Assembly: GCA_964019425.1 (NCBI GenBank)
Contig: OZ025797.1
Location: 558,001 to 622,000 of the forward strand
Direction of reading: 5' to 3'
DNA from: Flectonema sp. DT1601
Taxonomy: Eukaryota
DNA length: 64,000 bases
In this document: piece after piece, positions 33,937 to 47,000 of the stretch
Layout: each line of letters begins with the position of its first letter
Position numbering within the stretch: position 1 is the first letter of the stretch
Notes under the pieces: model-generated
The model's database searches: none
What the model saw: the letters and a program-made list of their open reading frames with translations, nothing else
What the model was told of the DNA's origin: nothing
Made by a program: the position numbers and the translations under genes

Positions 33937-35737
33937 TTATTTACGTATCTCTCCACGCTTCTTCTTTATCATAGAGGCCTGTCTGGTGGTGCTTTGATCG
34001 ATCTCACGAGCTTGCTCGATCTTTTTCCACTCAGCGTCAGATATTTTTAATTCCTGTTATTAATTTATTACTATACTTATTGATCACCCCAAGAGTACAA
34101 AGATGTGTAGCATCTCACTCGGTCAGGTTGATTTATCAAATTCTTGGTGACATGAACGGGTGGCGAACTCCACAGAAGGGTCGAAGGAACTCCCACTAGC
34201 TAGAATCAACTTAATAATAATAATGAAGTACCTGTAATATAAATATAAAACATACAGAAGGAATAGTTTCCAATGAGAACATCTTCTCATCTTCGGTGTA
34301 CTGTTCGAAGGAGTCGTTGCTGTAGTCGTCTTCGAAAGAGTCGTCGCTGTAAGTGTCTGAAGGTGGAGCTGGAAGAAGATTCTTTTTAGACTTCCGACGA
34401 TCTTTAATTCCTCCAACAGTAGGAGGAGGTGAGCAGCGTTTCTCAACACGTGAAGACCCATCTTGATTGAGAGACGGCATTTTTGCGAAAGAATCATGAG
34501 GACGTTTACCTGACCGTTCATGAGGACGAGAGTCGGTAACAGGCGGAGGTGTTGTTGGTTGACGCGGCTGTCGTTTTCTCGGTCGCTTCTGAGCACCTTC
34601 AACCAGCATACACTTTGAAGGAAGAAGTTGATACTCGACTTCAGGGACATCCACCTGGTAAATTGGGATCTTTGGTTTGGATTTCTTCCGATCTGATTTC
34701 GATCCTCCCGTTCCGTTCATCGTACCGGATTTTGATTTCTTTTTCCCACTCAAAGTATTCTCAGGTGATCCTCCTTCTGATTTTGACGTACGGGGTGACT
34801 TGCCTCTTCCCTTTACGGGTTTTCCATTATTATTATCGAGATTAACAGCCCAGTTCGCATAGCAATCTCGAATATCTTTGGGACCCAGGCCGTCAACTTC
34901 TGGACTAGGAAGTGATGCTCCTATCCCAGTGTAGAACTCTTCGATAATTTCTGAAACAGTTGCTCTGTCTTCTGGTTGGATGACTAACATACGTCTAACC
35001 ATTCTCGATAACTTTGTGTATCTCTTTTTTAAAGGAGTGTAGACACCATCAGTGACCCTTCTAACAACAGCGAGGATATTCGTACCCGTGAAAGGTTTTT
35101 CCAGCGCTGCGAGTTCGTATAAAACACATCCAGCAGACCAAATATCTGCTTTATTTGTGTAAGGTTGTGATTCGCATATTTCAGGAGCGATGTAGTACGG
35201 AGTCCCAACAACTGATTGAGCGACACTAGAAGTCGATACCAACTTTGATATTCCAAAGTCTGCTATTTTTAAAGTGTTGTCACGAGTTAGAAATATATTT
35301 GCTGGTTTCAGATCTCTGTGAATGATATCAATCGAGTGAATGTATTTCATTCCTTGCATTAGTTGAAAAGCGTAGAATGCGATTTCTTCTTGAGAAAAGT
35401 GACTGCCAGTTTCTCTAAGGCGATCTATGCACTTTGAAAGGTCACCCTGAGAGCAATGTTCCATTACAATATTTAAATACCCATCAGTATCAACAAAGTG
35501 ATCTCTGTACCCGACAACATTCGGATGATCTAATAAAGACAGGACTTGAACTTCATTTATTGCTCCTTTTAGTTCCGCGTCAGCAAGTTCTGCAACTTGA
35601 ACTCTTTTTATAACATGTTGTCCCTCTTCACCACCTTCTCCACCTTCAACTAGAAAGACTTGACCGAAACTACCGGCGCCAATAGTTTGAAGTTTTCTAT
35701 ATCTTGTCCACGTAGACACTACTGGACATGACGTCAT
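33937..35737 (-). CDS. NIMA-related (NEK) Ser/Thr kinase; 3' exons approximate
   Basis: GAGSFG, HRDLKPANIFL, DFGISK and GTPYYIAPE motifs. GTATGT donor near 34255; probable last exon ELKISDAEWKK...RK* ending at 33937. Confidence 0.88.
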
Positions 35738-36087
35738 ATCTGAAGTGAGAATTAATTTATTTATTTATAAAGTCATCAGATTGGTGGCATTCTAAAGTGA
35801 AAGATTAACTTGCAGCTGTAAGAGAAGAATAACAGTTAAAAAATTGTTCACAGTCTCATCACAGACCTGGAAACAGAATTTTGCATATAAAATATAATAT
35901 TATTTGCGAGAGAATGGGCAAGTTCCTAAGGGTTGAGACGAGTAACGGGTTATTCGGCGGGTCTGAGCGCGGACCAAAAAGTATAGTTCTTTTTTTTCTT
36001 CTTTTTTTTGTTGCTCTTACTCCCATTTACTTTTAAAAAATAAAGTTTTTTTTAAAAATTCCTTCTAATCTGCAGCCTAGCGGTTTC

Positions 36088-36122
<35 letters not shown>

Positions 36123-36387
36123 TTTCTTCCCCCTCATTCGTATAACAAGCACAAAAGAGAAAGAAAAAAACGCACTGCATCAGAGTACAGCACACTACCA
36201 ATATATATATATTTTTTTCCCCTTCTCGCTGAGCTCCCCTGCTTTCCCTCGGAACATGAACTCAAGCATATCTGGTTGTTATTGGAAAGGTCAAAATGAT
36301 CAAATCCGACGACAGCAGCTGTTTTTACAGCTCCAAGTTGCCCAGCGCAAAATTAACTGGGCAAGCACCAGTGCTTGCTCAACAGGT

Positions 36388-36419
<32 letters not shown>

Positions 36420-38953
36420 GTTTTTTTTTTTTTGTTCGAAACGGTGTTCGTGAATTACAGACCTTCACTGGCTCAAGACGGGGGGAAAAGAAATTTCGTG
36501 GGGATTTCATGGGAAACCCTTCAGTCAAGGGTCTACTACACTTTAGGTTTGATTCTACTAGTCATTTTCTGGTTCATTCTTTTCATCATTAATCATTCGA
36601 AAATATTCTTTTTTTTTTCTTTTTTCTTTTTTTTTCACTCTCCCTCCACGTTCCCTCTCCATTAAAAAAACTCTCCTCCCAATAGGCCATGCCAAGAGAA
36701 GGATTTTCCGTTTTTTTTTTTGTTTTTTTTTTGCTGTTTTTTTTTTTAATTTGTCTCAATGTTGGAGCAAAAGATTGCGAACAATGAACACAAAAAAGAA
36801 AGTTTTCTTTTGGGTTTGTCCCTCCTTTTAAATAAGAACTAACCCTTTGTTATCTCATCGAGAACAGCAGCACTCAACCAGATTCACGTGCACCACATCA
36901 CGTGCTGGGAATGGGAGAGCAAAAAAAAAAAAAAAAGAAAAGTGAGGGGAGAGCTATAATAGGGGTAAGTGATTGTTCTGGTCTAAAAGGGAAAAGATAA
37001 TGCAACCCTCGTATTAATATATTGCTTTCAGACATCTCAGAAAGCTATTTAAAATAAGTTATTTCCAGCAGTGCCTCGTAGGTAACTGAAAGTTGCAAAA
37101 CAGTTGTCCTGTCAGTTGAGCTGTACTACTGCAGTGCAGCTTATTTTTGAGTGAATAACCACAAGGAGGATTACATGAGTCTTTCAACTTTAACTGCATA
37201 ATCAATCAGGTAGAGCTATGAATGTGTATAACTGTTACCCCAAGGGCTGGCACATAAAGTCCTCAGTGCGGCTTAAGGGTTTGTTTACGGGTTGACACCC
37301 TAAACCTTGCACACGTGTTAGTATTTTTTGTTCTTAAAAAAAAGGTTAAAAGGTTTTTTTTTTTACTTTTTGTTTTGTTTTGTTTTTTTCTCTCTTTCCC
37401 CCTATCCCATGCTAAGAAATGGTACAGTCGAAAAGCAGCTTAGAACAGGGGAAGGATCGTTATCAGTTTTTTTAAAAAACGTGAACATTAGCAAACGAGA
37501 GAAGTATAAAGAAAATATAATAAATAATTTTTTTTTTAAAAAAAATGTAGCAAAGAGAAAAAAAAAAAACAACGAGGGATGGGAATCACAAAATAAAAAA
37601 GGGAATGGGAATTCTCTAAAACAACCAATGTGGGAAACACGACGGGGACGCTAAACAGTAGAGAGAAGAGGGAAAAGAAAACATGTTACTCAGTAGACGC
37701 AAAGAAAAAAGAAACGGCGGTGGGAAAGGAAAATAAGTGAACACACACTTCTACACGGAAATGTCTCTGGAAGAAATGAAAACATTGCCGAAGTAACTTG
37801 ATGACTCATTAAAGTCCAGACTGACTAATCTAATCAGCAACAACACTTCCACTTCCACTCCCACCTCTGTTATCGTTTAGAGGGATCGAAACCTCATGAA
37901 CTTCGATGTACTTGAAATGAATCTGAGGTCGACACTCGATAACAAAATTAAATAAAAGACCTGAAAAATCTAAAGAACAGGAATACTCCTGCTCTCCATT
38001 ACTATTCCCACAGCGCCAACAAGACAGACTTGTCATCGTAGGAAAGAAATGCAAAAACAAGACCAACAAAGAAAAGGACATGACATATATAAAAAGATAA
38101 CACCTTTCATGTTATGCCTAAACACTGTCGTCTATTTCTGTGTGTCATGAAACAGCTACCCCAGTTGGGGTTATTGAACAAGAGATACCATTTATTTATT
38201 TATCTTTCTTATTATTTTGTTTTTTTGTTTTCTTCGCTCTGGAAAAGGCGTTGATTAATCGTAAAATGAAGATTACTCTTTCAGGATATCACTGTGTATC
38301 AAGTGAGTATTTCTCTTTTGGATCACATCTCCAAGTGATGTAGTAGGTCGGCTTAAATCGTCTTTTTTCAACACCGACAACCCATATCCCAGTCATACGA
38401 CTTGTGAGATTAATCTATTTATTTTTTTCAAAGTAATTTCCAGAGGAAAGGAAAAAAGATTTTTTTAAAAAAAAAAAAAAAAAAAAAAGGGGGGGACTTG
38501 GATAAATAAATCAAGGGGGGGGGTGGGGAAAGAGCTGCTAATTTACGCATTCAAACCAGAAAGCACCGCAATAGCAAAGTACGCACTTGTTGGGTCTGCA
38601 AACAGCAGCCAACTATTTTCGATGGTTAACTCTTTGTCGTGCATAAGGTAACATCAGTACGCTACCGATGCTTAACTTTGATCCTTAAAGTTATTATTTA
38701 GTTTCTGAGTGGTCCAAATACTGAAGGATGAATTCAACTTATCAAAACTCCGACAAGAGACTCACTGCCGCCCTCCGTGCTATTGAAAACGGAGGATGGT
38801 AAATCAGATTAGAAGAGGGATAAACTTTAAAAGTTTTATTTTGATCGCGTTAGTTGTGAGCGAGGAAAAAGTCAAGAAGAACGACTAGAGAAATAAAATG
38901 TGCTGGGGAACAAAGGTGTGGCGAAAGGAAAGGAAAAAAAGCTGGTTGTTGCT

Positions 38954-38985
<32 letters not shown>

Positions 38986-39380
38986 GAGAGGGAACGAACA
39001 CATCCGAAATGAAATGCACTTATAGTAAATGCTCTGGGACGGGAGACTTTATTTTCATATTGTGTTTCCCTTCTTGCAATGTCGTGCTACGGTGGGGTGG
39101 GAGCGTGAAGGAGGGATTTATTTTTTTTGCAAGTTTTTTTTTTATTTTTTTGTTTTTTTTTGTTTTTTTTTTTTTGCTTATTTTTTTGGAAAAAAACCCC
39201 CCCCACCACAAAGTTTCCGAAATCACTGTACTTAAAATCAAACCAAACCGACCAAGATTCCACAGAAAATGTATTTTGGATCCCAACAATGAAACGCCTA
39301 AGCTGGTTTCTTCTTGGGATGCCTGTCGTTCTTAGCACAGAAATGTTTCGCGGAAACTTTTGTGTTGGAATCAGGAGTTT

Positions 39381-39423
<43 letters not shown>

Positions 39424-40913
39424 TGTCTCGCTGTTTTACTAGGGTTGACATAAACAAATTCCAAAAGAACTTCCTTGACCAGCGTTATACTGAACCAGAG
39501 TGATAAGTATTTTCTACGGAAATAGGTTCGGTACTTGTTTATGCCATCCTGTTCTCAGCTTGTAATTTTGTTTAGTTTTTTTTTTTTTTTAATTGTTTTT
39601 TTATTGTTTTTTTTTTTTAACGTGCTTATTTTTTTTTTTTTTTAAATTCTCGTTTCTCTTTTCAATAACTTTGTATTACTTTTTTTTTTTGAAATCCTTT
39701 CACCTTTTTCTGGTATATTCGGCACAAATAAAAGATAAAATCGCAAAAAAAAAATAGGAAAAAAAAAGATTAAAAAAAAGTGCATTGTAGGAAGCGACTC
39801 ATTTCTACACTCAACAGGGGTGAAACTTTGACAATGTAAAAACAGTAACAACCTTGGGTATTAATATAAAACTAATATCAAGCACTTGACTCCATTTCTA
39901 CACTCAACAGGGGAAAAATAAAAAAAACACTGGAAGAAAAAAAAAGAAAGGGGTGGGGATGTCTTTCAATAATGACCTGTACAGTGTTGTCTTATTGGTA
40001 GTATCTTCAGCCCGGAGGAGCAGAAGAAGTCTCATCAGGGAAGGAAGAGGGGGAAAAAACTAATATCGTAGTAAACAGGAATCGAGCTGTCATCCTGTTC
40101 TCAACTAATGTTTCTCTCGGGTATAATCCTTCATCGGTGTGGTTACTTCTTCTCTTTCTTTTTTTAAATTTTCAGAGTTATCCCACGACATGCATACAAT
40201 CACGACCACACTTCATTGCATGCCATGATCTGCCGCTTGAAAAACGGCTGAAAAACTCCGTTCACGAAATTGTTTTTTTCCTACAAGAACTTGGCAATGT
40301 ACCCCGTCTTCCTTTTTTTTTTTTTTTTTAAAAAGTCAAAACAACGAAAATGAGAATTGTGTTTACAGTACTTGTAAGGTCGCACATGAAAAAAAAATAA
40401 TAACCAATACAGTATGCGAGGGGAAAACCTTATTTAAATAAAGAGAAATAAAAACACGAAAAAAGTTGTGGGTGCACGATTTTTTGTTTTTGTTTTTTTT
40501 TGAAAAAAAAGCTTTCAGTTCATCCCGTCTAACCAAAAGCTGAGGCGGCGGGGGGAGAAAAGTACCAAGCCAACGAGCTCTGAAAACTAACAGAAATTTT
40601 AGGTGCAAACAAGATTGAACACAAAAATAAAAAAATAAAATAAAAAACAGAAAGAGATTTTTCACTCTGTAGACCTCCCCCCGCCACATAAATAGAATTT
40701 TTTTTAAAAAAAAAAAAGGGGGAGAGAGAGGAAAAAAATAAATACCAGCTCAGACGGGGGAAACATGTGCAAATAAAATAAAATAAAATAAAATAACAAT
40801 AATAATATCATTGGGATGTTCCTTTACCATTCTGCTGGTAAGCTCCGTGTCGTTGCGTGGCAACATAATACGAACAAACAATGATGAATTTCTTCCCTCA
40901 TCGCTGAATCTTC

Positions 40914-42107
40914 TTAGCGGTTGGGCTGTTTTTCTTTACGTGAGAGTTACATCGAATTCTTGTGAACGATTATTAATAAAAAGTAACTAATTGTAAGTGA
41001 TACGTACCTCGTCTTCCTTGCACACTGACCAGGCGCTGTCAATTTGGTCTTGGCTCGGGTTAACTGCCTTACCACAACATTTAATAAAATACTCTTTGTC
41101 AAAGTCAGGTACAAAGAACGGATGCTCAATCATCTGTTTGAGTTGAGTTGAGTTGAGGGAAACTAATTTTATAATTTACGTAATAATGATAAACACAATA
41201 CCTGTTCTAATGTTATCCGTTTATCAGGATCAACAGTAAGCATTCTCTTAATGAAGTCAGCAGCGTTTGGACTGAACTTCCGACTCATTCTGTACTCACC
41301 TGCTTCAATCTGTTTAGTTGTTGTTGTTATATTGGACTTCACAAATAGTTGACAACTTGTTATAAAAAAGTAATATCTCAATACCTTATCACAGAGGACG
41401 TTCATATTTGGATCATCAAAAGGAAGGTATCCCGCAAGCATCGCGTAAAGGATTACTCCAGCTGACCAGATGTCAGCTTTCTTACCGTCATATCCTTTTT
41501 CTTTTAAAACTTCTGGTGCCATGTAGTTAGGAGTACCACAAACAGTATTAAGGAGTTGTTGGTTATTCAGTAAACGAGAGAAACCGAAATCAGCGATAAA
41601 AATAATGTTGTTAGTATCAAGCAAAAGGTTTTCCGGCTTTAAATCTCTGTGAGCGATTCCTTGGGCGTGGAGGTAGTAGAGTCCAGAGATAAGCTGCTGG
41701 AAGTATTTGCGAGCAACGTCCTCTTCGAATCTCTTCGCCTGCTCTAATCTGTCGAAGAGATCACCTCCAGTCAACAGGTCAAGGATTAAATAAATATTCT
41801 TACCAGTCTGTAGCACGTCAACCATCTTTAATACGTTTCGGTGATCGAGTAATTTCATAATTGCGATCTCTCGCTTGAGTTGTTGTTCCATGTGTCCCTT
41901 AGTTAGTAATTGTTTGTCAACAATCTTGACTGCGTACTTAGTACCATTCTCAACATCACATCCTTCTTTTACCTGTTTGTGAGTTTTGGTATTTGTTGTT
42001 CCCCCTCACAGGAAGACTAAATCAAAATATATAACAAACAATACCTTTGAGAATGTTCCAGCTCCCAGGGTCTTACCCAATTCATACTTGCCGATGCGCT
42101 TTGGCAT
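40914..42107 (-). CDS. SNF1/CIPK-like (CAMK group) Ser/Thr kinase, about 5 exons
   Basis: MPKRIGKYELGKTLGAGTFSK, HRDLKPENLL, DFG and CGTPNYMAPE motifs. GT-AG introns link exons ending ...HPFF...KEDE|PNR*. Confidence 0.88.
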
Positions 42108-42499
42108 GTTGTCAGCTGTGGAGCGGGGGAGGGGGAGGGGCTGGAATTTGATAAAAAACTTGATCACCTAACAGAGCAGACTATATCTTAATTTTTAGAA
42201 AACAATTGCTACCTTTGAATGAATTGTTTTATTCATTTCTTCCATTATAAAAAAGAAAGTAGAATGAGAAAGTCCGCAATAATTTGATATTGTTTTATTT
42301 TAATATTTTTACTCAATACTTCGTTGAGGGAATCCATTGTACGCAGAGCGCGTCTTGTCAATCGAACATAAAACTAAATTTTAAAAGAATAACTTTTTTC
42401 TTTTTTTTGAAATAAAAATAAGAAATAAAAAAAGGACGTTTTACATCAAAGGATGCAGCTGTTCAAATGAAATAAATAATCACCAGAGACAGGTCCTCT

Positions 42500-43410
42500 C
42501 TATAATTCACCACAGTCTTCAATAATGACATCCTTGTCAGTAGAACCGTCAGACGTTCCAACGGACTCCATCTTCTTTACGATATCTAGTCCCTCAATAA
42601 CCTCACCAAAGACAACGTGTTTTCTGTTTTTTTTTTTTTTTTTTTTTCTTTCCCTCCAACATCAACTAAAAACAATAAAATCAATTATAATAAATTAAAA
42701 ACACACCCATCAAGATGAGGAGTAGGTACAGTAGTAATAAAGAACTGAGAGCCGTTGGTACCCGGACCGGAGTTGGCCATGGAAAGAAGACCACCCTTGG
42801 TATGTTTAACGCGGAAGTTCTCGTCGTCGAATTTCTCACCGTAGATAGATTCACCACCAGTACCGTTACCAGCAGTGAAGTCACCACCTTGACACATGAA
42901 TCCAGGAATGATGCGATGAAATTGATTTCCTTTAAAGTGAAGAGGCTTTCCAGATTTACCATCACCCTTCTCTCCGGTACAAAGCGCGCGGAAGTTCTCA
43001 GCAGTCTTTGGGACAACGCTGCCGAAGAGCCCGAAGACAATACGTCCTTTTTCTTCTCCGATTTTCATGTCAAAAAAGACCTTTGAACTTGGAGCAGTGT
43101 CAGGAGGAACATCATCCTTCTTTAACATGTATTCCCAATGACCTCCAACACCTTCTGCGTCTTTTGCTTTTACTAAAGTGCAGATCATGTGACGCTCTCC
43201 TTTTATTTCTTCAATCTCCCAAAGACTGTCATCAACCTTAACAGTGCGGTACAGTTCTTCTTCTTTAATTACCTCTTTTCCTCTAATTCCAATGGAGACC
43301 ACTTTAGGAGCGATCTTCCAGGTGAGGTCCTTCCCTTTTATCGTACCGATTGGGATCTTTATAATTACATTCCCAGTGTCCTGTTCCCATTCGTATCCTC
43401 CGATAGACAT
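42500..43410 (-). CDS. CS (p23/NudC-like) domain-cyclophilin fusion PPIase, 2 exons
   Basis: YEWEQD...VDDSLWEI...LVK (CS domain); [48 protein letters not shown] and second-exon HVVFGEV (cyclophilin). Confidence 0.92.
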
Positions 43411-44090
43411 CTTTACTTTTGTTGTTCTAACGTGTGAAGGATTTTAATAACTTTATGTAGATAACTATTTCCCCATAAAGTGATCAAGTTGGTTATAACT
43501 TCCCCAGGTATTCGATTCTTATTCTGTGATTGGTCACTGTTTGAAAGGTGGAAAAAACAGAAGGGGAGAAATGCAACAAAAACTATAACACAACACCCTA
43601 TTCAGATTGCTAACACTCGAAAAGAAAAGAATTAAAAAAAGGGGGAAAAGAAGAAAAAAACTAAACGGAAGAACACAAGCTACGGAGAAGGGCGTAAAGG
43701 ATGTCTTTCGTGGTTGTAAGGCATTAATAACACTGTACGAGGGTTTTGGGAGATAAAGAACATTCAGTTTGAGGGTTGTTTTTTTGTAATCCCTCACCCT
43801 TTTCAAAAGCAGTTGTTACATCCGCAGTTTCTTTTTTTTTTTTTTACAACTTCTAAAACACTGTCCAAAGCGATGCATTGGTTGGTGATGTGTATTCACA
43901 TCGACAGGTCTTTCTCAATTTCAGTAGGAAGTTACTCAAAGTGAGTAATCTCAGAAGACGACACCATCACTCCCTCGGCGCCGAGAATTCCCCCATCAAA
44001 GACGATCCGTAGTACAACATTTTTGAGTAAAAAAAAACAATAATAAATCTCACCAGCGGCAAAGAGAACAAAGCAATGAGTGTCCGCGTC

Positions 44091-47000
44091 TTAAATCTTT
44101 ACGGCTCCAGGTACAGCTTTGCCATCGCGATTTCCCCTGTTGTGTTTGATTTTTTTTATGCACCCCCCCCCCTAGGGGAACTTTGATACGATACGAAAAG
44201 ATTTATCTGGGAAGAATACTGCAGGTCTTTGCACAAAAAAATAAAAATACTGTCACCATGAAACAGAAGGCGTTGAACATTGCCTGGTTTCTTTGGTGGA
44301 GGCCACGTGAACGTAGTTGAGCACCTCTTGCCTACGCTACCGTAACAGTGAAAAACAGCTGTAAATTAAAATCAATGTGAAAAAAATAAAATGAAACCAA
44401 AGGTTAACAGTGGACGAATCCGACGTAAGGCTTTCCTAGACTACTCGAGTCTTCAGCGGTCCGCTCGGTGATAGCAGCCTAGGAAGGACAAGCTCACCCA
44501 TCTGCCTGGAGACCATTCAAATTGGCTCGCTCTAAATTGGCGACCTAAACGCTCTACCCTATCGCCGCGATTGCCACTGACAACCTCTAACCAACTATAC
44601 TACGACCAAACATAAGGGGAAAGGGGAAAGTGTGCTTATACCTGTACAGCCACGACTCTCGATTTCCGTAGTGGGGGGACTTTGATACGATACGAAAAGA
44701 TTTATCTGGGAAGAATACTGCAGGTCTTTGCACAAAAAAATAAAAATACTGTCACCATGAAACAAAAGGCGTTGAACATTGCCTGGTTTCTTTGGTGGAG
44801 GCCACGTGAACGTAGTTGAGCACCTCTTGCCTACGCTACCGTAACAGTGAAAAACAGCTGTAAATTAAAATCAATGTGAAAAAAATAAAATGAAACCAAA
44901 GGTTAACAGTGGACGAATCCGACGTAAGGCTTTCCTAGACTACTCGAGTCTTCAGCGGTCCGCTCGGTGATAGCAGCCTAGGAAGGACAAGCTCACCCAT
45001 CTGCCTGGAGACCATTCAAATTGGCTCGCTCTAAATTGGCGACCTAAACGCTCTACCCTATCGCCGCGATTGCCACTGACAACCTCTAACCAACTATACT
45101 ACGACCAAACATAAGGGGAAAGGGGAAAGTGTGCTTATACCTGTACAGCCACGACTCTCGATTTCCGTAGTGGAGCCCCCCGCGGCACTCCCTATATAGT
45201 GCACTATGCTTGACTCTTTTGCTATATAACTTGTCCCTTGGGCTATATAGGAAAAGCAGCAAAGAACTCAACATGGAAAAAGCCGTTAAAACATTTGTCT
45301 GGTTAAAACGGATCGGTGGGTAAAATTACGCAAGAACAACCATAAGGTCTCCCACGGTTTAATGTAGCACATCTCCACGCCAGTCTCAATGACCGAGGTA
45401 ATGTACTAAGGGGGAACTTTGATACGATACGAAAAGATTTATCTGGGAAGAATACTGCAGGTCTTTGCACAAAAAAATAAAAATACTGTCACCATGAAAC
45501 AAAAGGCGTTGAACATTGCCTGGTTTCTTTGGTGGAGGCCACGTGAACGTAGTTGAGCACCTCTTGCCTACGCTACCGTAACAGTGAAAAACAGCTGTAA
45601 ATTAAAATCAATGTGAAAAAAATAAAATGAAACCAAAGGTTAACAGCCGTAGTGGGGGGGGGGTACAAGCTGTCGATAAAGTACTTTTTCCGAATTTTGG
45701 TAAATATAACCTTCCCGGGGGCAAAAAATACCCAGGACCCCATCAGAACCCCCAAAAATGTGATTTCGGGGCCGAAAAAACCTCGATTTGGCTGATTTCG
45801 GCAAAGGAATGAAAAATCTCAAAAAGTGTGGACCGTGTGGTACCTGGGGGTCCAATTTTGAGGCCTGTGAAATGCACCTTCAAATAATTTTTTTTTACAA
45901 TGAGAAGAGGTGAGTCTTGGTGTGCCCCTGTATGCGCAGTTTGCTAATATACCATTTCCGTATCAGTTTCCACCTCAAGAACACGCCACGAAAAAGAACA
46001 GCGCTCTCGCTCGGCCATGCTTGAGGCCACGAGGCTCACGGGCAGGATAACGCAGCGGAAAACAACGTTCTGCAGGGCAGCTCACAAAGTCATTCTGCGG
46101 AGGAGAGCATTGATCCCAGAGTGCATGAAAACACCTCCCGAGGCATCTCTGAAGTCACGCAACAACACTTGGACAGTCAGAAGTAAGATACGCGCGAGAA
46201 AGGGGTTCAGAAACGTCCAGTATCTGAATCGTGATCACAGAAGGCTCACAGAATGGAGAAAGCGCCACGTCAGTACCCCAAACAGGGATAATCCTGAAGA
46301 CAGCTGTAGTGGTAGTGCGTCAAATAGCAGTGCCATAGATAAGCAGCAGCGACATAGGGCAACATGCCCTATCCAAAAAGCCGTTCAAGGCATCACTTAA
46401 GACCCAACCATACTCACCAGCAGGGCATACAAGACACTCTAGTATATGCAGCATAAGGAGAAGTACGAAAGACACACCCGCTTGCAACTGTACCCAAACG
46501 AGGGAGATATACTCCTGGAGTCTTGGAGTCGTAACAACACTGCAGATATTGCGGCAAGAAGGGATCGCCGCAGAGACATGCAACAAAGTCCTGAGTGAGT
46601 GACATAGTTGAAGCTGTCGCAGGTGCGCAGACAGAAGGGAAGCGGGTCGAAGTCACCAACTATATCTCGAAGGACAGTCCGACTTGTTGATGGATTCAGG
46701 TGATCTGTCGGTGACCTGACTTCTTGAAGCAGCAGCTTCCTCTTCACCCTCCGTCACATTGCTGCAGCATGATACTTCCTCTAGTCCCCGTCGTGCTCGT
46801 GGGATGAAGCTAACAACCGTTGTGTTCGTTGTCATCCTGCACCCCTCAAGGGATGGGGAGGTTATTCAGTGTTGTTGATAGTTCTTGGTCAACTGATGGA
46901 ACCAGTGGCGTGAATGTTGCCCTACTGATAACGTACAACATATTCCAGAGGCACACGGGCTTCCAAAGGCTACCACATCAACGCAGGACCACCGACCCTC

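Noticed and set aside
36256..40689. Many short Phe/Lys-rich ORFs
   Set aside because: These are translations of poly(T)/poly(A) tracts.
44410..44465. Hammerhead ribozyme in the repeat (minus strand CUGAAGA...GAAA)
   Set aside because: Stem II has only 2 bp, stems I and III do not pair properly, and the same bases fit a longer simple hairpin better.
44175..45655. Spliced-leader RNA, 5S rRNA or CRISPR array
   Set aside because: No recognisable SL exon or 5S sequence; the 499 bp unit has no repeat-spacer structure.
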